DNA from: Schizochytrium sp. TIO01
Lineage: Eukaryota; Protista; Bigyra: Labyrinthulomycetes
DNA length: 64,000 nucleotides
Assembly (NCBI GenBank): GCA_004764695.1
Contig: SMSO01000014.1
Span: 3,467,648-3,531,647 of the forward strand
Direction: 5' to 3'
Below the pieces are notes generated by a model. That model saw nothing but the letters and a program-made list of their open reading frames with translations, made no database searches and was not told the origin of the DNA. Shown piece by piece: positions 31,301 through 41,854 of this stretch. Numbering within the stretch: position 1 is the first letter of the stretch; each line of letters opens with the position of its first letter. A program made the translations under genes and the position numbers.

Positions 31301-33263
31301 TTTGATAGTGAGGGACTCTCAGGTGCAGATTTAGTCTGTGTTTGTGCGAGCCTTAAAGAAGCGACTCGCACAAGGGGGGGGGCTTCAGTTACACACTTTG
31401 AAGTGCATTTCTGAGATTCCAAATCCTCAGGAGAAGAAAGATCATGGCATTTCTCAACTTTGAGGTTTGCCGAGGTTTCACTGCAACTGCTCGGCGAGGT
31501 TTCCTGGACAGTATCTTGGTTCTGAGGGGGGAGCTGATAACTGTTGGATCCAACTCGCAACTGAGAGAAGTCTTGTTTTTCTCTTGATTTGACAGTACGG
31601 GGTGGCCTATTTTGTTTGACAGAATTTGTTTGGGGTTTGTTTGGACTTGAGGTAGAGCTTTTGCATTTTCATGAAGCTTATCAAGCATTGAATTCAGTTC
31701 ATTTGTCATATCCTCATCCTTGATGAGAGGTAAGCTTCCAGTTGATGTTTGATGTATTTTTGAGGGACCAGCTTGTTGATGTTGTTGTTGCTTAGGAGGA
31801 TACGAGGTTTTATTCTCCTTTTGTTCTATCTCGTTCAAGTCACCAAAGTTTGATCCTTGCTGCTGGCCCTCTCGAACAACATCCGTCGCTCCTTCTGAGA
31901 CCTGGAGGAGTGATCTAGCTACACCAATGTCATTGCTAGCGCGCTGTAGAGCAAAACGCGCTCGCAGCTCTGAAATGCCGTCGGCAACAAGCTCACAACA
32001 TAGTTTTGGGTCAGGTTTTAAAAAGTGCAGATCACTAAGGATACGAAGAGCTTTGTCCTGGTCCAGCTTTGGGCAAAGGTACGAAAGTGAAGGGAACGAA
32101 CCATTATGTGCTTTCAAGTCTCCAGGCTCTAACATCATGTCAATTTTAAACGACTCACTGAACACGTGCTTGTTTCCAGTATGTAGATCCTTGCGTGTGA
32201 AAACAACTACACCCTTGTTAGACAAGAAACCGGTGTGAAAATAAAATTTAAAAAGGTGCTTGTTTGTATTTCCTGGGAATACGCAGTCAATTTCAGCATC
32301 TCCCCAAAGTTGGCAGTTGCATTTCAGAATAAGTTTGCCAACAGGTGCGTTCCAGTACACGCAACTTTCTGGGTCTGATAAACTCGAATAGATCAACGCA
32401 CGGTCTTGCAAACCACGATGCTGATAAATGCGAATAATAGGTTGAGCAAGTTTATCTGAATCGTCAGATGAAAGCCCAAAGAGGGAGAATATATTAGATT
32501 CCAAAAGATCTTTCTCAGTAATCCGGGGAAGGTTCTCAATTACAAGCATGCTCAGTGCAATAGGTTTCGTTTGAGGGGGCCCATTGTTGTGCAGAGTTTT
32601 CTCAAATTGGCGTAAAAAGTGCTGAAGGGAGGGTTGTGCACGGGTCAAAATATGTTGGGCATCATAATTTACGCGGACTCTTTTGTAGTAGAATTGCTGC
32701 AGCGCTTCCTCGGTGCTCTTAAACTCTTTATTGAAAGTGAGATATGCAGAGAGGAGCAATCTACAGGTATGAACTCCGTTTTTGCAAAAAATTGCAATGA
32801 CATTGTCTGAATCCAAGTCAAGCCAAACTTGAATTGCATGGCATAGCATGAACAATGATTCTAGGGACGGCTGTGACTCTAAGTCGCACTCGAGCACCTG
32901 ATGGCGGAGGCGGTAGTAGTCCACTTGGTTGTTTGCGCCAGCGCTAAGGTTTAGCATCAGGTAATGTCTGCCAAACCTACTACTAAATAATTTGCCTAAA
33001 TCTCCTACATTGTTGCGATTTGCTTCCTTTTCTGTGCGCCTTTCCCAGGGTTTGCCTACCACATAAACCCGAGGATACATACGAACAATGTCGAGTTGTC
33101 TAGCAGAAATTATCTGCGATTTTTGTGCGGCACCCTTGCCAGATCCGTTGCCCTTGGAGATTTCTGAAGCAGCGTGTCCTGCGCCTGTGCCTTTGTTTCG
33201 CCCGAACAAAAACCCGCCCCATGCCGTAAGGCTCGTGAGTCCATCCGGTAGGTAGCCTTCCAT
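28330..33263 (-). CDS. Formin: PTEN-like/C2 + UBA-like + repeats + FH2, split over two overlapping frames (31389..33263 and 28330..31560)
   Basis: The upstream ORF has PTEN-fold motifs (HYLMLNLS, PSLESLFMLCHAIQVWLDLDSDNVIAIFC, LWGDAEI, FKFYFHTGF). The downstream ORF has FH2 motifs (RKKFHWEAI, LLDMKRSQNVSIGL, LLVGNKIN, GFTVASLLKLSQTKS). PTEN+FH2 is a known formin architecture, so one gene is inferred; the junction is unresolved. Confidence 0.82.
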
Positions 33264-35017
33264 GGTTTACAAACGAGGAATTAGTACTCGAGACTTTGTT
33301 GTTTTGGTATGTCTTAAGCACTTTATCTGGAGACTGTTTTCTTCTTCGCAGTCTCCAGCCACGCTTCTTTGAAAGCTCTTTGTAAGTCTTTGCTGCGTTC
33401 GCTACAATTAAACAGTGATGTCTTCAAGTTGAACTTTTTTTGGTTTACACAGGGCCTCTTTGCAGGTTTGTTAAGCTCACTCAGCTGTGCCAACGGACCT
33501 CGTCCTGCCAGCAGGTTGCCGGCAGGTCGAGTTCGCCAAGTAAATACGTCGCTCGCAGCTGCTGTCTCCAAGCCTTTCACTGCTTTGGCCGTCTGCAGTG
33601 CCCCCTCGTTTATGAATTGCTCGCATTGATGATCCCTAATGAGACCTTTCATCCAAATGCAAAATGCTTAAAAAAATGTAACTTGCGATATACTAGGAAA
33701 ATATATATAGACACCTTGCTGCCCTTAATGTTACTGTTTCGTGTAGGCATGTTCTAGTGCCATGGCATGTAAAATAATACTTGCAACATACAGACATGCT
33801 CCATTCCCTCCTGAATTGCATTGCAAGGAAACCATCCAATTGTGGATACGACACAGTCTTTCCTGCGCTGCCTGAGTGCTTGTTTTCTCTCGGTTAACCC
33901 GAGCTTCAAAGGCAGCCATTATACGCTTTGTCGAGGATTCTCTGAAAGACTGCAAAACGGTTGTTATAAGTGGGACGAAACCCCAAGTGAGACCTATATG
34001 GGCTTCTTAAGGGCTGCTAGCAGTCGAAAGACCTCTTTGGAAGCAACTTCCGATGACAGGAGAAGGTAATCCAACTCGAACTCATGTTGATCATCTCTGG
34101 ATTTTATTGAACAGCCAAAACAGCACGTGGGGTTTATCTGGGCTTTAGTGCGTCATGAGTACAAGTGGAGAGTCCGGAAGACGGTATGGCGGTGCGGTAA
34201 ACTCTGCAGTTCTAGTTCAGGACGTATCCATCTATGTAGGTACGTACAGCCAGCCATGAGTCTTCTGAGTTGTTTGTTCTTCTGGGCTTCGAAGTATGTC
34301 AATTGCAAGAATCATTCCGCTGGTGAGGACGAATACCAACCAATTTTCCCCCAATCTGATTTTGAGCCTTGGCGTTCGCACGGAAGCGGCGAAGAGCTCC
34401 TGTGCAGCACCAAGAGCTCAGGAAAGGGTCCTGCAGGGTCTTTTGCAGGCTCGCTTTTCTGGGAGGGCCAGGCTCAGCAATAAGGGCGATAAGGGAAAAA
34501 AACGAACATCCAAGCAAACAAAAACAAAACGAAACAAAACAAAACACAACAAAACAGAGGGAAGGATTTGGGAAAACATTCGCCGAGGAAAGTAACCAAC
34601 TCGAAACCAAGACAGTCTGGAGATGGCGTGACCATTGGTTCAACTTAAGGCCTAAAGGACCTTAGGCGGGTCGGGTGAAGGGTGAACAATATTGGCCGAG
34701 AACAGCATCAACGTTATTTGGGCTATGGGGCAGCACTAGCTCATAAGAAGGGAGCACAACATGAGAAAAGAACAAGGCGATGAAGTTAGTAAGTAGGTCA
34801 GGATGAAATAAATTTAGTTTAGACAAGGCTTAGAAACAATAGCAAAATACTCTAACTGATGAATATACCACTGCGATGGCATCATCGTCACCAAGCCCAG
34901 TCAGCGAACCTCAAGTGGGCTCTTGTCTGGGGTGAGAGGCGATAGATGATGTGAATTATTGTGAATAAACTCAAAAAAAAAAAGAAGAACTTAACTAAAA
35001 ATCAAACCTTCATTAGC

Positions 35018-38000
35018 TCAGGAAGTGAAAGGTGACCTTGCGGATCTTCCTGGCGAAGCAGCTCCATGTCTAACGCCGCCAATGACATAAACATAGTCGC
35101 AGGGTACAATTTCAGTATCGACTGGATTAATAAGAACCGTTGGTTTTCCATAACGGGGATGATTCATTCCATGTCCATAACCACGAAAAAGTCCTAAACA
35201 AAGAGCACCATTTCGAAACAACGAGGCTGAGTAAAGCTGCGCAAACGTCTTTCCATGAAAATTTCGAGGCACACGGACCAAACGAAACCCGTGATGTTCG
35301 CCTGGTTCGAGTGTCTTGCGACCTGCGAGGTTAATTAGTTTTTGGACAAGAAGGAAGATTATACCACATCCCCCGCCCATGTATGACGAGAAAAGAATGA
35401 AATAGACGCATGAAGCACTCCAACTTTCCCCTGCAGCATACGTCTCGTTGAGCAAAATGGGCCATACACTCGCTGTGAGTTGGTTGAGAAGTTGCAAGGT
35501 GTCTGAGCTATCCTCACTTGAACGAAATAGTCTTGACCAAAAACTGTTGTCACTTTTTGTTTCAGAGTCATTTGAAGGAAGCTTCTCTGGAGCACTCTCC
35601 TCAAGATATGCCCTCTCCAAAATGAGTCGGCGCCACATTGATTCGTGCAAATACTGGCCATTGCTTGCATTGTTGATGTGTGTGTGCACACGTAGGCGGA
35701 TAAGGTGATAAGCTTCAATTAAGCTGGTAACAACACGATGGGAGGAAATCGTGTACCGATCTACATCAGCGGGCTCGACCGCTTCACTTGGCGCAAATAA
35801 ATTTGGAACATAATTTTCAAAAATGTCAGAGAAAATGACAACATCACTTGCTTTTCGAATACCGGCTCTCAACAGATCATTTGCAACGCAAGACTCTCCA
35901 AGCATCCATACAACATTAGGAATTCTGGACAAGCGCTCCCATATCATATCACTTGGAGTCGAAGATACCATCCAAACAATCCATATGGGAGGGTTGTTGG
36001 TGTTGTCTTGCTTGGACGCAAGCGATTGGATGAACATATCGATTGGTGAGTGGTGTGGTGAGCACAAAATAATATGGCCATGATCCTCGGAAACACCCGC
36101 ATCACCAGAATGAACAAAATCATCCCATGAGGTGATAAACGCCTCTACCAGTGTCTGACGGGGGGTCTCGGAGGTTTCTGTACACTCAGAAGCTTCATCA
36201 ATGTCTAAGGGTACAGTAGAATGAGGATCGAGAATATTCTCTTCTTCAAAAAAGTCTGGCGCGGATTCTTGACTTTCCTGACGAGTAAGACTGCTATCCA
36301 ACCTCCCCAAGGCACGCTCTTTTTGAGTTGATGAGGATCTTTCTTTCCCTCGGACGTGTTGACGTTGGCCGCTGGCGTGGAAACCTGGTGAGCTTCGCGT
36401 TCGTACCAATGACGAGTGAAGGAAGCTTTTAGAGTTGCGACGACGCCTGGGTTTGCCGATGCTAAAATTCGAGTGAAGCTCATAGTCCTCTTTGCGAGTA
36501 TGGAAAAGAGCATCCATGTGATTCCCTCGGCCTAGGAAAACAACGTGGTCCCCCACCTTTATTTCTTGGTGACCATTTCGAAAGAACTCGACTTCACGCT
36601 GGTTCCCTTTCGTATAATTGGCATCTTCCTCCCGGATAATGGCAAGAACAATCACACCAAAATCCCTGTGAACAGTGATGGCCAACTCAAGCCGTGTCCA
36701 GCCAACAAATGGGTTGGACTCTTTAACAATCATGACCTCGAGTTCATTTTGCAGGCCATATCCATAGCTTCGTAAAACAGTGAGAGGTTTTTCTTTTTGT
36801 CGATGACATGGGCAAAAGATATGTCTAGAAGACTGGTTCTCTTCATGGCGTAGCATTCGTGCCCGTTCCTGGGGCGTGGAGCTTGGTGGTCGAGAAGATT
36901 GGTGGAAGGTAAAACCTGCGTTAAGGCTACCAAGAATTGGCCGCTCAAAAACATTTTGTACGGATCGACGAGGTGCTGATTCATCAGCCTCATGATCGAG
37001 TCCTCGATGGCGACCATGGTCGTTACCACCGCTCTCTTCAACAAGCTGCTCTCCGAGTTCAAGGTCATAAGTTACTTCTGGACCTGGATGCATATGAATA
37101 GTCTTCTTGCCGCTTTCATTGACTACCGAAACGCCACGATCCTCGCCGACGAAAAAATTAGTAATCACAGTACTAAAGCCGGGGACCAGACACGATGCAG
37201 CCAGTACCTCTTGTTGAAAAGCATCAAGAGAAATTGTCATCAGATTGCGATCAACTAATGCAGAGCGACTTGGCATTTTTGCAATATCTGCCGGGCTAGC
37301 CCCATGATCAAACAGAAACTGTTTGTTGAATTCATGGAAAAGAATCACCACAAGGAGCTGGTCTGAGTGGATGTTTTGATGCGCAGACCACGCGCGAAGT
37401 AAGGTCCGATAGTCTCTAGAGTAAAGTCGGTTTCGTGCAAAGGATGCATGATGGACTCTATGCATACTTTCGTGAAGATTTTGCAAGTTTTCACGTTCTT
37501 GAAAATCCAACGTTTCCTCGTTATGGGCACCGTCGTTGTCAACACTAGAACTACGACGAAGATCATATGAGCCCCTTGACTGAGCTTGCAAAGCTGCAGA
37601 GCCAAATCCCATCGTTGCAAGATACGATCTAGTTGTTTCAGCTCCAGAATTTGAAGACATAAATACATTGTCCGCATACACATGTAAAGTGGGGAGAACA
37701 AAAACGGCTTGGGCTTGAAAAATTTCACAACGTTGCATGTCATGAGCTTTCAGCAGGGATCCTTCAAACAAGGAGATATATGACCGCTGATATCCCAAGG
37801 ATACACGACTAATCATTTCTGGAGACACTTCGTTCTCGCTCATTACAACAACATAGTTTGCGCTTCCAGGCGTGTTAGCATGCTTAGCAAGAATCGTAGA
37901 AGATAGATCATCTTCATCATTGTGCAAAATAGCCTGACCTCTTACGAGCCTGCGTGCACGACGCACTGGATTAAAGTAATAAAGCACATGTCCAAGTATG

Positions 38001-39427
38001 GCATCATCCAGATGTCCATGAACGACAACATGTGCATTGTGCATTCGAGCAGAATAGCGAATATGTTTGCGATCACTTGATTTTCTCAGTAGCTCGCCAA
38101 TTCGACGAACTGAGTACGGAAGTAAGACAATGAATACCGCGATAGATATACCAGCAACGGCTCGTGCGTACTGGTTAGAAGGGGCTGATTACACTAAAGG
38201 GAGAAAGCTGATGTTAGTTCTCATGGGTTGCATCTTAGAATATAGAATAAAGAAAGCTCCAACCTTCGCAACAAGACAAAGCGAAGGAGCGGGCTTTATT
38301 TGAGATAACTTACTGACATCACCATAGCCAACTGTTGAGAGTGTAACGATGATAAAGTATATTGAAGTAAGAAAACTAGTACAAGGATATGTTGGGGCCT
38401 CATGGCTTGCAAAGATAGCTGCTTGTACAGGAAAATTATTTTGGGTCCATTCGAAGCAAGCAACCATGGTAATTCCAATGGCAATACTTGACCACACAAA
38501 AAGAATTGTTTCGCCACTTAAAGTAGATTGTGTAAACAAAAAGCCAAGTTCGAAACGAAACATCCAAATCCGCAAAAATGCTGGAATATATATATCACGT
38601 GCATGTGGAATAAAGAGAACCACAAAAATTGGAAGAGCTGTCACAAAGTCAGCAAGAACAGCTAGGTAAAGAATATGACGAAACTTATAAGAGCCAGCAT
38701 AGAAAATGCGAAATGGCAGCCACAGGAATAAGGTGAGAATGGCGTAGAGACATTGAACTGTATATACACCCGCGGTACGCGGTGTTTCAGAGGCTGGCGA
38801 TGGTTTGAAGCTGGAATTCGTACAAGGTCCGTCTGGGAAAGTCACATCTTGTTGGCGTTCAACAAAGTACAGGATTGTCCAGCTTAGGTCTACAAAGCAA
38901 GGCAACAGAAAAATGAAGAACCAGCCAACAAGGCCAAATTGTTGGACCTCGAAAAGAACTAAAGTTCTCAAGCGCCGGTATGTGCGGACTGCGTCAGACC
39001 GAAAAGAGTGAATACTGCAGTGGCACCGAGAGGCATTCTTCCGAGCTTCGCGAGCTGATTTTCGCCTTCGCCCCAGTCGTGCGGCCGAAAGGCTTGAGTC
39101 GATCTTCTGCACTAAAAAATCTTGATCGACACTGCCACTGCTCCCAAAATTGTTAAGTCTACTACTACTGTTGGATGGAATGAACGTTTTCGATTCTTCC
39201 ATTTCAATTGCTTCAAGATCGTGTGCCCTATCTTGATATGCATCCAGAGCGCTCGTCGATGCTGACCGCGGACCAACTAAATGAGCCTCGTGTGGTTTCT
39301 GAAGGTCTTGGACCATTGTTGCTCCAAGATGTGAGCTTTCAAGACCTGAGCTATTTTTTGGGAGCTCTGCGCTGCTGCTTTCAATCAACCTCGAACCAGA
39401 CAGGGGCTGGGCTTCATCGAAGCGCAT
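35018..39427 (-). CDS. Slo/BK-family K+ channel with two RCK domains; join(39427..38314,38184..35018), ~1426 aa; start uncertain
   Basis: TM segments are followed by the pore SIYFIIVTLSTVGYGD. Splicing gives GYGDVTPSNQYARAV plus S6. RCK1: HVVVHG, DMQRCEIFQAQAVFVL. RCK2: GHIILC, DLLRAGIRKASDVVIFS. C-terminus: LCLGLFR...VLINP...DYVYVI. Confidence 0.88.
38185..38313 (-). other. GT-AG intron in K+ channel pore region (129 nt)
   Basis: Donor GTC A|GTAAGT, branch-like GAACTAAC, acceptor AATCAG|CC. Removal joins the two ORFs in frame and restores GYGDVTP. Confidence 0.88.
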
Positions 39428-41854
39428 AGGTCTTAGCTCTACCGAAGATGATCGTACCTCCTCAGAGGTCACAGGTCTCAACACACTGGATCTCTGAATT
39501 TCAGCCGCTCAGGCTTCATCGCATCTTTACTGTTTTGATCAACCGCTGTCCCTATCTTGATATTATTCATCAGTTTAAAAAATTATGAAAATTAATTGTA
39601 TAGACATATATAATATGAAACAATGGATCGTAACTGGCAGCGAGACTTCGTAAATCGTGAAGGTTGAAGTAAGAGCAAAAGCTTACGCATTAATCTTAAA
39701 TACGAAGTATTCTTTTGTGTAGTGCTTTGTGAGATTGAAATGAATGTGCATTTAAGTTGGAGCTTTTTCCTTCATTATTATTTTTTTTTTTGTTTTTTTT
39801 TTTACAATTTTAGTTTTGGGGCCCAAACCTAGATTGCGATCAAAACTATGAAAACACGTACCAGAAACATATGAAATAAAAGGCGCTATTTAAGGATTAA
39901 CATTAATCGTAGACAATTAGAAAAGAAGCAGCGTCTCGAAAGTCATATTAAGGAATTAAAAAAAAACAAAAAAAAACAAAAAACAGAACAGTTGAAGACA
40001 ACGACTGGAGGCTTAAATTCGCTATATCTATGTTAAGTTTAGTCTATATCTATAGAAAGGCAAATCAGCTTGTGTAATGTCCATCATGTAGCATAGAGGC
40101 TGACTTTTCCAGCAGCACTCACGCGCACGCCACTCATGGCATACGGACTTCAAAATCGAAACTTGAATTTCTTACAAAGTCTGCTGTAGGAAGTCAAGTT
40201 GTATGTAACAGTCAATGCTAGCAGGACCTCGTAAAGTGACATCCAAGCTTTAATTTAAATATCAGGATCGATTTCTTTGAGGGTTTAGATCGTTGATGTC
40301 AACCCTGATCAACATTACCACTTTTAAGTATCTTTCTCAGAATTTGCCTCATCAGGTAGTAAATCCCAACGAACGAGAGATTCTAAAATAGTATGAAAAT
40401 ACTATCACCATGGCAGTAGTCGAACCATGTGATATTTCAAAGAAGATTGACCTTTATTTGGGGTTTAATGGGGCTATCGTTCCGGTAACTTCATAAAGAG
40501 GAATGAAAATAAGCTTGTACCATACATATACGTTCAAGATGAGGTCTTTAGCTTAAATGAGCGATGTTGTAGATGGCGTTGGTGCTCAAGAGCAATATTA
40601 GTAAAGGTGTTAGCGCAAGATTACTGTACACGCACGACCCATAAGAAGTTCAAAGACGGTTAACAGAACTTCAAAGCATTTTTAAACAGTACAATGCTCA
40701 CTGCCCTGCAATTGACCTGTGAATTCTGACCGGCTCCCACCTTAAAGGTTAATAGGCCTTGTTAGTTTTTCCAGCAAAGAAAGTACATCAAAGCTCCATT
40801 TTCGCTTGCTTTGGGGGGTATGCAGGTACGCACCCTCGTCCTTAAGATGTGTGCCTTCCCGCACATGTAAGAGTGACACGCTTGTGGCAGGCTGCTGCTA
40901 GTTACAGGGTGCTCTTCTTGCATACTTACCTTTGCATCTAGCTAGGTAGGTAGGTATTCATAACATATCGCTCCAAGTCAATTTTTTTAAAGATGGAAGA
41001 AAGGCAGCATGTTTTGAGCGTGTGCCTTGCACACGTAACTGAGCCCCGAAGCTCTATTATGAAAATTACGCTGTTCCCCAATTTAAGTTAAAAAGACCAC
41101 ATCAGTTTGTCTTAGGTCACAAGAATACACGTACTCACTTGACTTTGATGTTGCTTCTCAAGATTACCAGCCATGGTGTCTTAACAAACGTGAACTCCAA
41201 ATTCGCAAAACATTGAAAATGTCTTCATAGCCATAGGTGTATTCCCACACATACCATTTCATGCCTATAATAACAAACAAAGTTTAACCTGTAGTTAAGC
41301 AGTATTTTCTATGACGTTTTCTGTAAAATAGCACACTAGTTGTAGTAAGTACCTAACTTAGCCCAATACTGAGTCCCTCCCTCACTCTTTCAAAATCCTC
41401 TTTAGGGCGTAGGTCTATCACTCTAACTCTTAGTATCTGCTAACTATTAGTTCCTAGCAAAGAAAATGATTTGAGCTCAAAGTTGTGCAGCACGTGCAAG
41501 GCTTTCCAATCAAACAAGCAGCGAGACTTGTCTACGACGTCAATGCATTGGCATAATTCGTACTCAACAACCAAGGTCCAGTAACCTTTCGAAGATTCCA
41601 TCGTGAGAACGCTCGTGCGACTAGTCGGCTTTGGCATGAGAACTTGTGCAAGCAGGGACAAGCGATTGCAAGTTGCTCAGACAGTTGTTTTCCAGCGCGT
41701 GTGCCCCTCTGGATACAGAGGATCTAGCTTTGGTTGAGGATTCACATCGGCTGAACAGGGCTGTGCTGTGAAGACAGCACGCAGGAAGAGTTCTGTTGAA
41801 GTGGTAGCCCACTCGTAAACTGGCAGAACTGTATGCTTGTCAGACGCGAAGAAG

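Noticed and set aside
33323-34665. Short ORFs upstream of the formin
   Set aside because: No recognisable domain, and I could not build a consistent spliced model. A small gene is not excluded.
40922-40931. ATACTTACCT as the 5' end of a U1 snRNA gene
   Set aside because: It is not followed by U1 stem-loops or an Sm site. It is better read as a minus-strand splice donor.
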